The notes beneath the pieces are model-generated. The model searched no databases. It saw only the letters and a list, made by a program, of their open reading frames with translations, and was not told the DNA's origin. A program made the position numbers and the translations under genes. 55,804 bases of DNA. Origin: a plasmid. The DNA is taken from the sequence record NC_022046.1; one strand, 5' to 3'. This document shows, piece by piece, positions 46,449 through 55,804 of the stretch; position 1 is the first letter of the stretch, and the number at the start of each line of letters is the position of its first letter.

Positions 46449-47063
46449 ATGAAAAAAAGCATGCTATTTCTATTATTTTTTGTCTTTGCTTTATCCCTCG
46501 CGATTACATTGACAATCAACTTCCCGGGTTTGCTCAAAATCAATTTATTCTTTCAAAGCGATATAAATTTTCAAAACTGGAGTAGATCTCAAGTTAATCA
46601 AGATTTTAGAAATTTAATGGGCTATTTAAATAATCCTTTTCAAAAAGAATTGGTTTTTGATAATCTATACGTCTCAGATCGCGGTATAAACCATTTTAAA
46701 GATGTTAAATTTTTGTTCCAGCTTAACTATTCATTGCTTCTTTCTACGAGTAGCATTCTTTTATACCTAAACAGGAAAAAATTAGTAACGCGTGATCAAG
46801 TCAGAGAAATCACTAGTTTAATCAAGTGGATGATAATATCAGTCTGTGTAATGGCACTTCTGTTTTTTGATAAAGCATTTGTGCTTTTTCATCAAGTATT
46901 TTTTGACAATGATGATTGGATGTTTGACTATCGTACAGATCCAATTATCAGTTTTTTACCGGAAACATTTTTCTTTTTATGCTTTTTATTAATTGTAACT
47001 ATAAGTGTTTCTACTTTGACAACAATTCATCATTTGTTTAATAAAGAAGAACGTACTTTATGA
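46449..47063 (+). CDS. DUF1461/TIGR01906-type integral membrane protein; candidate lipoprotein intramolecular transacylase (Lit)-like.
   Basis: 204 aa, 4 TM, divergent from lgt and upstream of copper genes. The Lit assignment rests on the context known for copper-linked lit2-lgt pairs in Listeria/Enterococcus mobile elements and was not confirmed by motif. Confidence 0.45.
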   Translation: MKKSMLFLLFFVFALSLAITLTINFPGLLKINLFFQSDINFQNWSRSQVNQDFRNLMGYLNNPFQKELVFDNLYVSDRGINHFKDVKFLFQLNYSLLLSTSSILLYLNRKKLVTRDQVREITSLIKWMIISVCVMALLFFDKAFVLFHQVFFDNDDWMFDYRTDPIISFLPETFFFLCFLLIVTISVSTLTTIHHLFNKEERTL

Positions 47064-47078
47064 ATAGCCTAAGGAGGG

Positions 47079-47444
47079 ATGGTCTTGGTCGAACACAAAA
47101 TACAGGTATCGAATTCAGAGTTAGATGTTTTAAAGTTTATCTGGAGATATGAACCGGTAACATGTGGTTTAATAACACATGGAATGCAAGAGCGTAATAG
47201 TTGGCATCCCTCCACAACAAAAACGTTAATAAGAAGGTTGTTAGATAAAAATGTGATCACGTTTAACACTTCAAAAAACCAAAGATACTACACTTCACTG
47301 ATTAAGAAGCAAGAATTTTTAGAAACCGAAATACAAAGGTTACTTTCTGGAATGGATGAAGGTTGTATCTCAGAAGTAAGCTACTATTTAAACGGATTGG
47401 TTAAACGTTCTGACACGGAGGAATTCAATGATTTCAAAATATAA
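47079..47444 (+). CDS. BlaI/MecI/CopY-family winged-helix repressor lacking the C-terminal Cys cluster.
   Basis: VSNSELDVLKFIWRYEPVTCGLITHGMQE...TTKTLIRRLLDKNVIT matches the penicillinase-repressor family N-domain. The possible true start is TTG at 47085 (SD AGGAGGG). Confidence 0.6.
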   Translation: MVLVEHKIQVSNSELDVLKFIWRYEPVTCGLITHGMQERNSWHPSTTKTLIRRLLDKNVITFNTSKNQRYYTSLIKKQEFLETEIQRLLSGMDEGCISEVSYYLNGLVKRSDTEEFNDFKI

Positions 47445-47859
47445 TCTTTATGGAATGACTTGTGCAGTTTGCGCAACAACAATAGAGAAAAAAATTCATG
47501 AGTTGGATGGAGTATATTTCGCTAAAGTTAACTTAACAACTGAGGTTCTAAAATTGGAATATGATGAAGGTGTTTTGTCTAATCATACAGTTATAACAGC
47601 TATTCAAGACATTGGTTATGACGCTGAGATTCGAAAAAAAACTGAGATAAAGGTATTTGGAATAAGTGGAATGAATTGCTCAGGGTGTGCAACAAAAGTA
47701 AGAAATGCTTTGGAAGCAGAGCCAACAGTCAGTGTAAAAATAGTTGACTTGGCTAGAGGTACAGTTACTTTCGATGCTGATTCAAAATTAACATTAACAT
47801 TCTTAAATCAACTACTAAAAAATACAAAGTATACTGTAACTAGGGATATATCTATATAA
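47428..47859 (+). CDS. Tandem heavy-metal-associated (2x HMA) copper chaperone, CopZ-like.
   Basis: Two ~65-aa HMA repeats with GMTCAVCA and GMNCSGCA metal-binding loops. Confidence 0.8.
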   Translation: MISKYNLYGMTCAVCATTIEKKIHELDGVYFAKVNLTTEVLKLEYDEGVLSNHTVITAIQDIGYDAEIRKKTEIKVFGISGMNCSGCATKVRNALEAEPTVSVKIVDLARGTVTFDADSKLTLTFLNQLLKNTKYTVTRDISI

Positions 47860-47869
47860 ATATAAATAT

Positions 47870-49456
47870 ATGTGGGGGGATCGACACGAAATCTCCACAT
47901 ATTTTTTTTATGGTAAATACATAATAGATATGGGAGATGATGGGTTGAAGAATAATAAATATATTTGGTTAGCAGCAACAACAATATCAATATTTACCCT
48001 AGGCGGTATTTTCATATTGATTCAACAGCAGAACAAGGAGGAGCATGCTGAAGTTATCTATCAAGAAGAACAACGACAAATCTCAAGTAGAATGTCCAAT
48101 ATGATGGGGGATAATCAAGAAGCTGATTTGAAGGTTGTACACCAAACAGATAGAAAACTATTGATTCCCCCTGTTCTTGAACCATCTTCAAAAAGCAAAG
48201 AAAATGTGACATATGATATAGTTACTCAAAACGGGGAAGTTCAAATCATGGATGGAGAAAAAACTGAAACATTAGGCTATAACGGGGATTTTTTAGGGCC
48301 AGTTATTAGACTGAAAAAAGGTCAAAAAGTTACTATCAATACAACCAATAATCTTGATGCTAGCACATCTTTTCATTGGCACGGTTTGAAAGTAGCTTCT
48401 GATGCAGATGGAGGTCCACATCAGATTATAGAAGCAGGACAGAAAAAAAGTGTAACATTCGAGGTTGATCAAGAAGCTTCTACACTCTGGTTTCATCCCC
48501 ATCCGGAAGGAGAAACAGCATCTCAAGTTTATAAGGGGTTAGCAGGTTTGATGTATATTGATGACGGCAACTCAAAATTATTAGATTTACCTTCCAAATA
48601 TGGTGTCGACGACATTCCCTTGATTGTGCAAGATAAATCTTTCAGTTCTACTAATCAAATTAACTATGAAAATGATTTTAACTCTGATGGAACAAAAGGG
48701 GAGACGTTGCTTACTAATGGCACAATCAATCCATACGTTGAGATAAAAAGCCGATGGATGAGGTATAGAATTGTTAATGGATCCAATGCAAGAAACTTCA
48801 CTTTTAATTTGGATAATGACGAATCATTCTACCAAATTGCTACAGATGGTGGTTTTCTGAATACTTCTGTTAAACTTAGTAAACTACTTTTAGCGCCCGG
48901 GGAAAGGGCAGAAATATTAGTGGATACTCAGAATTATAAAAAAGGTAAGGTGATTCATTTACTAGCAAATAATTTGGTTGCACTGACAATGAGAATTGAG
49001 AATACGATAGACAACAAAGAGTTTAATCCCACTGATAGTCTAAATACTATTAGTACTTTAGATGAAAAGAAATTGGAAGATTTAACAAGACAGAGTATTA
49101 ATTTAAGTGGAATGTCTCACATGGTAAACATCAACAATAAGCAATTTGATATGGAAAGAATAGATTTATATAAAAAATTAGGTACTCAAGAGATTTGGGA
49201 AGTTAACAATATTAGTAGTATGATGGGAGGCATGATTCATCCGTTCCATATCCATGGTGTTCAGTTTCAAATTTTATCTAGAGATGGAAATCAGCCCGCA
49301 CTAAACGAGCAAGGATGGAAAGATACTGTGCTGGTAAATCCGGATGAAACAGTAGAACTTCTTGTGAAATTCGACCGTGAAGGTATTTTCATGTATCATT
49401 GTCATATATTAGAACATGAAGAGTATGGAATGATGGGACAAATGGAAATTAAATAG
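47870..49456 (+). CDS. mco: Multicopper oxidase (CueO/Mco-like).
   Basis: HWHG (T2/T3 Cu site), HPHPEG, and C-terminal HCHILEHEEYGMM motifs. N-terminal signal/anchor LKNNKYIWLAATTISIFTLGGIFIL; the true start is probably the ATG at ~47930. Confidence 0.85.
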   Translation: MWGDRHEISTYFFYGKYIIDMGDDGLKNNKYIWLAATTISIFTLGGIFILIQQQNKEEHAEVIYQEEQRQISSRMSNMMGDNQEADLKVVHQTDRKLLIPPVLEPSSKSKENVTYDIVTQNGEVQIMDGEKTETLGYNGDFLGPVIRLKKGQKVTINTTNNLDASTSFHWHGLKVASDADGGPHQIIEAGQKKSVTFEVDQEASTLWFHPHPEGETASQVYKGLAGLMYIDDGNSKLLDLPSKYGVDDIPLIVQDKSFSSTNQINYENDFNSDGTKGETLLTNGTINPYVEIKSRWMRYRIVNGSNARNFTFNLDNDESFYQIATDGGFLNTSVKLSKLLLAPGERAEILVDTQNYKKGKVIHLLANNLVALTMRIENTIDNKEFNPTDSLNTISTLDEKKLEDLTRQSINLSGMSHMVNINNKQFDMERIDLYKKLGTQEIWEVNNISSMMGGMIHPFHIHGVQFQILSRDGNQPALNEQGWKDTVLVNPDETVELLVKFDREGIFMYHCHILEHEEYGMMGQMEIK

Positions 49457-49477
49457 GAAATAATTTAAGAAGGATGA

Positions 49478-50164
49478 TTGTCTATGAAAATTCTTATTGT
49501 GGACGATGAAGAAAAAATATTAGAAATTATAGATGCCTATCTAGTTGCTAATCATTATTCAGTTTATAAAGCAATAAGTGGCGCAATGGCATTGGAAAAA
49601 TTCGAGAAAAATAATCCTGATTTAGTTGTGCTAGATCTAATGCTTCCGGATACTGATGGATTGACTGTATGTAGAAAAATCAGAGAAATATCAAATGTAC
49701 CAATTATAATGTTAACAGCTAAGTCTGATGAGGATGATATTCTTACTGGTCTCAAGTTAGGTGCAGATGACTATATGCTTAAACCATTTAGTCCCAAAGA
49801 ATTAGTTGCGAGAATACAAACTGTATTGCGCAGAACTGAGACCTTATCAAATCCTAATAAGCTTTCTTCAAATAATAAAGAATTGATAGTATACCCTGAT
49901 AGTAGACAAGTGTATCTACATCAAGTGGAGTTAAACCTTACAACAACTGAATTTGATATTCTACACGCTCTAATGTCCACACCTAATAAAGTCTTTTCTC
50001 GTAGTGATTTGATAGAGAAAGTTAAGGGAATAGAATTTGATGGACTAGATAGGAGCATCGATTCCCATATAAAAAACTTAAGACATAAAATTGAGAATGA
50101 TGCTAAATCACCTATGTATATTTTGACAGTCCATGGTACAGGATACAGATTTGGTGGCCACTAA
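49478..50164 (+). CDS. OmpR-family response regulator (copper-associated two-component system).
   Basis: Receiver domain (LIVDDEE...DLVVLDLMLPD) and winged-helix output (TVHGTGYRF). Confidence 0.85.
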   Translation: MSMKILIVDDEEKILEIIDAYLVANHYSVYKAISGAMALEKFEKNNPDLVVLDLMLPDTDGLTVCRKIREISNVPIIMLTAKSDEDDILTGLKLGADDYMLKPFSPKELVARIQTVLRRTETLSNPNKLSSNNKELIVYPDSRQVYLHQVELNLTTTEFDILHALMSTPNKVFSRSDLIEKVKGIEFDGLDRSIDSHIKNLRHKIENDAKSPMYILTVHGTGYRFGGH

Positions 50165-51558
50165 TGAGAAAAAGAACGATAAAAACTCAATTAGCTGTTT
50201 CCTTTTTAGCAATCGCAACATTAATAATAGGATCGATTAGTTTAGTCGCATTAAGTTTGACGAACAATCATTTTAGTAAATACGTGGAAGAGCGGCAAGA
50301 AGATTTGTTGAATCAGTATGTATATACAATTGATTTATTGTGGTTAAATAGTGGGGAAACATGGAATAGTGAAGAACTTGCAGCACTATCTGAGAAAGTA
50401 TTAGAGAATAATATTTATTTTTCTATAGAAGACGAACAAGGCAACATGGTTTGGGAACTTACTGGAAAAGATTTGAAGTCAGCACAGGAGAAACTGAAAA
50501 AAAATGCATTGAAAGTTTCTGAGAAAAACAGTGTGAAACTAGACGAAACAATAGAAGTGAAAAAGAAGTTAATTAATGATGGAAACGAGTTTGGAAAAGT
50601 AACGTTTTATTATTTCGGACCTTTTGCTTATACAGAGCACGATGCCTTGTTTATCTCCAGTATGAAACAAAGTTTAATGTATGTTGCAATTGCAGCTCTT
50701 CTTGTATCATTCATACTTGCTTCGTGGATCTCTGCTAGATTAGGATTGCCACTAAAGCATGTAAGCGATTTTACACATAAATTAACTCGTGGGGAATATG
50801 CTGATAAAATCCCACAAGAAACTTCAATTATTGAAATAAATTCCTTAATTGATTCCCTAAATGATTTAAGTAATCAGTTGGAGAAACAGCATGGGCTTCG
50901 AAAAAGATTAACTACCGATATTTCACATGAATTAAGAACTCCATTAGCTACGCTTAAAGGCAATGTGGAAGGAATGATTGACGGAGTCTGGAAAATAACT
51001 CCCGAGCGCCTACAATCTTGTTATGACGAAATAGATCGTCTAACTCGTTTAATTGGAAATATAGAAATAATCAACAAAATTGAAGCAAAATATGATCATT
51101 TAAATAAAACTGAGTTTAACATATATAAGTTGATTGAATCCGTTATTGAAAATTTCGCCAGCAAAATTGAGTCAAAAAACCTTCATGTTGAAATCCAAGG
51201 GGATAACATCAATATATCTGCAGATAAAGATAAAATGAACCAAGTTGTTATCAATCTTTTGAATAATGCTATTAAATTTACGCAAAAGGAGGGAACCATT
51301 AAGTTTTCTATAAGTAAAAATAAAGACCATGTTCTTTTAATTGTTGAAGACAACGGCATCGGTATAGAAAAAGATCAGCAACTTCATATTTTTGATAGAT
51401 TTTATATGGCTGACCCCTCCAGAAGTAGAGCTTTAGGGGGGCAAGGTATCGGATTAGCTATTGTAAAGAGCGTTGTTGAAGCGCATAAAGGTAGTATAAC
51501 TGTAAAAAGTAAATTAGGTCTAGGAACTAAATTTGTTATAAAGTTACCATTTCAATAA
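50164..51558 (+). CDS. Sensor histidine kinase (HAMP + HisKA + HATPase_c).
   Basis: Two TM helices flanking a periplasmic loop, H-box DISHELRTPLATL, N/G1/G2 boxes (LLNNAIKFT, DNGIGI, GGQGIGLAI). Confidence 0.85.
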   Translation: MRKRTIKTQLAVSFLAIATLIIGSISLVALSLTNNHFSKYVEERQEDLLNQYVYTIDLLWLNSGETWNSEELAALSEKVLENNIYFSIEDEQGNMVWELTGKDLKSAQEKLKKNALKVSEKNSVKLDETIEVKKKLINDGNEFGKVTFYYFGPFAYTEHDALFISSMKQSLMYVAIAALLVSFILASWISARLGLPLKHVSDFTHKLTRGEYADKIPQETSIIEINSLIDSLNDLSNQLEKQHGLRKRLTTDISHELRTPLATLKGNVEGMIDGVWKITPERLQSCYDEIDRLTRLIGNIEIINKIEAKYDHLNKTEFNIYKLIESVIENFASKIESKNLHVEIQGDNINISADKDKMNQVVINLLNNAIKFTQKEGTIKFSISKNKDHVLLIVEDNGIGIEKDQQLHIFDRFYMADPSRSRALGGQGIGLAIVKSVVEAHKGSITVKSKLGLGTKFVIKLPFQ

Positions 51559-51572
51559 AGGAGGAGAGTTAT

Positions 51573-51779
51573 TTGTTTCAAAAACAGATAAAAATTGCTA
51601 AACTAGTATGTGAATGTTGGGCAAAAAAAATATTTTTTCAACTGATTTCGATAGATAGTGTCGAAAAAGTTCATTTAGATATCTTATCAAATTCTGTAGT
51701 AATCTTTTCTAAGAAGGACTTATCAATAGCTACAATTAAAAAAGAAGTTTTTGGATTACAAATTTATGAGATGACCTAA
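51573..51779 (+). CDS. Small hypothetical protein, possibly a degenerate HMA-like fold.
   Basis: 68 aa, RBS AAAGGAGGAG; CxC rather than CxxC. Confidence 0.3.
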   Translation: MFQKQIKIAKLVCECWAKKIFFQLISIDSVEKVHLDILSNSVVIFSKKDLSIATIKKEVFGLQIYEMT

Positions 51780-51808
51780 ATGTGATTAATTAAAGGAGGA
51801 TGAACACA

Positions 51809-52396
51809 GTGAAAAAGATGATAAAATTAGTATTTGCAAGTCTTGGAATTATTGTATTTTTAGGAGCGTGTAGCAATCAAAGTGAATCGAATAATTCTAA
51901 AAGTACAAACGAGGAATCGACTTCTATAGCGTCTAGTGAAATGAATAGTATGGAGGGAATGAATCACGAAGGTATGGTTCCTTCTTCAATGAAAGATGCT
52001 GCGAACCCTAAATTCCCGGTGGGAAGTAATGTTATACTGCTAGGCGATCATATGGAAGGGATGAAAGGTGCAAATGCTCAAGTTGTAGGGGCCTTTGATA
52101 CTACAATGTATGAAGTAAGCTATGAGCCAAAAACTGGGGGACCAATGGTTAACAATCATCGATGGGTAGTACAGGAAGAGTTAAAAGATACTGAGACTGT
52201 AGCAAATGAGGGCGATACTGTTATCTTGAATGCCGATCACATGGATGGGATGATGGGAGCTGAAGCAAAAGTAGATAAATCTATTACAGGAACTGTTTAC
52301 GTTGTTAATTACACTCCAACCGATGGTCAAGAAGAAGTTAAGAATCATATGTGGGTAACTGAAGATGAGATGGAATATGACGAAAATAATGAGTAA
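51809..52396 (+). CDS. DUF1541 (YdhK-family) lipoprotein, tandem-domain, copper-associated.
   Basis: Lipobox LGAC after VKKMIKLVFASLGIIVF (GTG start 51809; track ORF starts 51800). Two repeats with GDHMEGMKGA / ADHMDGMMGA motifs typical of DUF1541. Confidence 0.6.
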   Translation: MKKMIKLVFASLGIIVFLGACSNQSESNNSKSTNEESTSIASSEMNSMEGMNHEGMVPSSMKDAANPKFPVGSNVILLGDHMEGMKGANAQVVGAFDTTMYEVSYEPKTGGPMVNNHRWVVQEELKDTETVANEGDTVILNADHMDGMMGAEAKVDKSITGTVYVVNYTPTDGQEEVKNHMWVTEDEMEYDENNE

Positions 52397-52537
52397 TTTT
52401 ATATACTAAACCAATAAGCTGGTACATGGCCTTCGTATTCTCAACATGAGGAATATGAGCTCTTTGTTAATAAGGACTGATGAGTTGTGCAAAATCAAAT
52501 CTGGGTCAGAACGAACCTCATTCTGGCTCAGATTTTT

Positions 52538-54038
52538 GGCTCTTCGACATTTAGTGCTGGTAGAGAGACAACTGAAAATTTAGTCATAACCAGTTAGGCA
52601 GAGTGCTTAACTGGTTTTTGTTTTACTTGGAAGATCAAGCCTTGAATGAGATAAATTCTTGCTCGAAAGTTGTGGAAATTTCGATAGCCGTAGGCTACTC
52701 GTTTTATCACTTTTATCTTATTATTTGTTCTTTCCAATGCACCATTACTATACCTGGGTTTTAAAGCATATTGAATCCCTAATTTGTATTTATTTAAAAA
52801 CGTCAGCTTCTTACAAAACCATTGTGGAAGGCATTGATCTAAGCTGTTGATCGTATCGAAAAAACTTTGGTTGTCCTTGTGTTTAAAGTGATAGAGGAGG
52901 AGCTGGCAAGTCTCGTAAGCCCTGGTTAATTGCTCGTCGTAACTCAAAAGCTCATCGACCATCGCTTTTTGCGTCATTGGTCTGCGAAAGAATCGATCAT
53001 ATTGATAATCGGAACTATCCAGATCATAGGCATGCGTAAGGAGTAATTTCCAGAATCGCTTCAATCGTCAATACTTTGTCGGTTCCGTTTTTTGAAACCT
53101 GTTCATTGTTTTGATTCACAACTGATTTAACGTACGAGTGATTTGTTTGACAATGTGAAAGCGATTGGTCACGATTTTGGCGTTTGGGAAGACCGCTTTT
53201 ACAAGTTCAAAATAAGGGGCATTCATATCCATCACAACGTATTTTACGTTCGCTCGTGCTTTTCGTGTGAAATTAAGGAAATATGGTTTTAAGAAAGTAA
53301 GGCGACGATTCTCCAATACACCGATTAATTGCTGGGTCTGCCCATTCATAAAAACAAAACTCATTTTTTCCACTGCAGGACTTCATCGATTTGTACTCAT
53401 CAAAACAAAGGACCGAAGGTAACGTATCAAAACGAGGATGATACGTTTTTAAACAGGTGTGCAGGACACGCAAAACGATTACGTCTGATACAAAATAGCG
53501 ATTGGCAATTCTTTTTTTATTGTATTCTTCGCTAGTTCCAAGGCAATTTGTACCTTTAATTCCTTTGAGAGATAGCAGTTTTCATCTACCAAATTGGTCT
53601 GAGCGTTGAATGTCGACTGACATTCTTTACAGTAAAAGCGCGTACGTACCAAGCGTAATTCTGTTTTGGTTGCTCGGTAAGGCAAAAGTTGGACTTTTGT
53701 TTTATGTGAGCCATTCTTAATGATTTGTCCTTCATTTTTGATGCCACATTTACGGCAATGGCTTAGTATATAGCTAAGTTTAGCATGGATAAGATTGGTG
53801 CGAAAACCATCTTCTTCTACTGTCTCTAACCATTCTTCTTCGAAGAATAAATTTTCATCTGTTAAACCTAACAATTTTCTAGTACAATGATACATGGAGA
53901 TATCCTTTCTTGGTATGGTTTTGTTTTAGACGACTAAATTCCACCAGTTAGGCTATCTCTTTTTTCTATCTTTTTTTACAAAAAAAGTGTCAGTAGAAAA
54001 TCTGTAGATTTTCCACCAACACTAAATATTGTAGAATC
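52538..54038 (-). mobile_element. Decayed ISL3-family insertion sequence (~1.5 kb).
   Basis: Left end GGCTCTTCGACATTTAGTGCTGG (52538-) and right end ...CCAACACTAAATATTGTAGAATC (to 54038) form imperfect inverted repeats (16/23); internal transposase broken into 3 frames. Confidence 0.55.
52594..53895 (-). pseudogene. ISL3 family transposase with multiple frameshifts.
   Basis: Track ORFs 53479..53895 (zinc-finger N-terminus, CRKCG...CKEC), 53116..53373 and 52594..53064 (ISL3 C-terminus) are consecutive pieces of one ISL3 transposase in different frames. Confidence 0.7.
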
Positions 54039-54040
54039 AA

Positions 54041-54073
54041 AAATCAGAACTACTGGATGTAGTTCTGATTTTT
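54041..54073. terminator. Bidirectional hairpin terminator downstream of copA.
   Basis: AAAATCAGAACTAC-TGGATG-TAGTTCTGATTTT, perfect 14-bp stem. Confidence 0.5.
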
Positions 54074-54175
54074 GGTTCTCTTATTGTATGCCTAGTATTT
54101 AAGACTCTGATTCAAATTTTGAAAAAGGAAAATTACTATTATAATTAAAAGCGTCACTTTTGTATATTACAAATA

Positions 54176-55804
54176 CTAACTATTACCTATAAGTGTCTCA
54201 CTACTTTTTGGCAAGCGCACATAGTTCAATAATAGTGAGCTCAAAACAACAGTAATTGAGCTAAGTGCCATTGCAAGACCAGCTAACTCTGGAGATAGTG
54301 TAAATCCAAGTGCTGAGAATATACCCGCTGCGACTGGAATACCTATCACGTTATATATGAAAGCCCAAAATAAGTTAATCAAAATCCGACTATATGTTTT
54401 TCGTGCTAATACTAAAGAAGTTACAACATCCATCAAATCATTTTTGACTAGTACAATACCTCCAGATTCAATTGCAATATCACTCCCCGATCCCATAGCA
54501 ATACCTACTGTTGCCGTGGATAATGCAGGGGCATCATTGATTCCATCACCTACAAAGGCGACTGCTCCTTTTTCTTGCAACTTTCTAATATGTTGTGCTT
54601 TGTCCCCAGGCATAACATCTGCTATGACCTCGTCAATCCCAATATCATCTGCTATGGCTTGTGCGACCAAACGGTTGTCCCCAGTTAACATTACAGTGTG
54701 AAATCCTGATTTTTGCATTGCCCTGATAGCAGCTTTAGAGCTGGACTTAGGTGCATCTTGAATCCCAATTAAAGCAATTATTTGACCATCGTAACCAACT
54801 AATACCACAGTTTTCGCCTGCGCCTGTAAAGATGTCATTTTAACCTTAAGATCATCTGTCATGTTAAAGTCATCGGATAAACGATCATTACCAATAAAAG
54901 CCTGCTTACCATCAATCAAAGCTTGTACCCCTTTACCAGAAATAGCAGTGAAATTTTTAGCTACGGCAGGAGTAATTTTCTTGTCCTTTGCTTCATTAAT
55001 TACTGCTAAAGCTAATGGGTGTTCTGATGAATCCTCAAGTCCAGCAGCGATTCGCAGAATCTCGTTCTCACTAATTCTTCCGATAGAGATAATATCGGTC
55101 ACTTGTGGTTTGCCAACAGTAATTGTTCCAGTCTTATCCATGACGACGGTTTTTATATCGTGGGTCGCTTCAAGAACCTCAGCATTTTTTATCAAAATTC
55201 CCAGTTTAGCAGAACGTCCGGTTCCAACCATCAATGCTGTTGGAGTTGCGATCCCTAATGCACATGGACAAGCAATAATCATAACTGATACCGAAAATAT
55301 CATCGCAGTGACAAGAGTTGATCCTAGAAACACATACCATACAATAAAAGTTAAAATTGAAATCATTAAAACTATAGGTACAAAAATATTTGAAATCCGA
55401 TCAACAGTTTTTTGTATAGGTGCTCGGGAGTTTTGTGCATGACGAACCATTTCAGCAATATTTGACAACATGGTATCAGCCCCAACTTTGGTAACTTCGA
55501 ATGTAAATGACCCAGTGTTATTAAGGGTTGCTCCAATTACATTATCGCCAGGGCCCTTTTCTACAGGCATGGATTCTCCAGTTACCATAGATTCATCTAA
55601 TGTAGAAGTTCCTTCAACAATTTGGCCATCAACAGCAACTTTTTCACCTGGTTTGACGCGGATTAAATCACCTACAATAATTTCTTCAATAGGAAGTTTA
55701 ATAAACTCACCATCACGCAGAACTTCTGCATCTTTTGCTTGCAAACCCATCAATTTGTCAACAGCAGATGAAGCTGAAGCTTTCATACGTTCCTCAAAAT
55801 ATGA
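54176..55804 (-). CDS. copA: Copper-translocating P1B-type ATPase, C-terminal ~540 aa; the 5' end lies beyond the window end.
   Basis: Actuator [19 protein letters not shown] (CPC), [17 protein letters not shown]; the ORF is open to the last base of the window. Confidence 0.85.
   Translation of the reverse strand, partial: SYFEERMKASASSAVDKLMGLQAKDAEVLRDGEFIKLPIEEIIVGDLIRVKPGEKVAVDGQIVEGTSTLDESMVTGESMPVEKGPGDNVIGATLNNTGSFTFEVTKVGADTMLSNIAEMVRHAQNSRAPIQKTVDRISNIFVPIVLMISILTFIVWYVFLGSTLVTAMIFSVSVMIIACPCALGIATPTALMVGTGRSAKLGILIKNAEVLEATHDIKTVVMDKTGTITVGKPQVTDIISIGRISENEILRIAAGLEDSSEHPLALAVINEAKDKKITPAVAKNFTAISGKGVQALIDGKQAFIGNDRLSDDFNMTDDLKVKMTSLQAQAKTVVLVGYDGQIIALIGIQDAPKSSSKAAIRAMQKSGFHTVMLTGDNRLVAQAIADDIGIDEVIADVMPGDKAQHIRKLQEKGAVAFVGDGINDAPALSTATVGIAMGSGSDIAIESGGIVLVKNDLMDVVTSLVLARKTYSRILINLFWAFIYNVIGIPVAAGIFSALGFTLSPELAGLAMALSSITVVLSSLLLNYVRLPKSSETLIGNS

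Overview
This 55.8 kb window is an AT-rich, mosaic accessory region. It looks like part of a plasmid from a low-GC Gram-positive bacterium (Listeria/Enterococcus/Lactobacillales-like), judged from IS6/IS1216-type, IS21, IS3 and ISL3 elements, cadAC, a Y-family polymerase and Gram-positive copper genes. There are no rRNA or tRNA genes and no CRISPR array.

From left to right the content is:
- a copY / 2x cupredoxin / P1B-ATPase copper operon, cut by the window edge;
- a MATE efflux gene with a homopolymer frameshift;
- IS6 copy A, which truncates a tyrosine recombinase;
- cadA-cadC, with a resolvase and Tn552-like transposase and ATPase genes (the ATPase is truncated);
- a 4 kb cargo segment (MocR-like regulator fragment, EamA transporter, Zn-dependent alcohol dehydrogenase) flanked by a 44-bp direct repeat that includes an IS3 terminal inverted repeat;
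- a complete IS3-family element inserted in an XRE regulator gene;
- a YolD-like / Y-family polymerase pair;
- plasmid maintenance genes: ParA plus a small partner, flanked by palindromes and an iteron array, and a candidate PriCT-type Rep;
- an IS3 fragment;
- two inverted IS21 copies (one with a frameshifted istA) bracketing an eroded mobilization module (NlpC/P60 fragment, oriT-like repeats, ribbon-helix-helix proteins, relaxase, a MazF-like + Fic pair, an ArdC-like fragment);
- a fluoride-resistance operon (fluoride riboswitch, DUF190, crcB x2, enolase, cation/proton antiporter);
- IS6 copy B, inverted relative to copy A, so the two copies bracket about 37.7 kb;
- a solitary 432-aa PD-(D/E)xK-like nuclease candidate;
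- a copper module (lgt, two His-rich small membrane proteins, a DUF1461 Lit-like protein, a BlaI/CopY-like regulator, a 2xHMA chaperone, a multicopper oxidase, a two-component system, a DUF1541 lipoprotein);
- a decayed ISL3 element and a copA 3' portion cut by the window edge.

The most interesting items are the plasmid-borne fluoride riboswitch operon, the orphan nuclease and MazF-like/Fic candidates, and several IS-mediated rearrangement scars.
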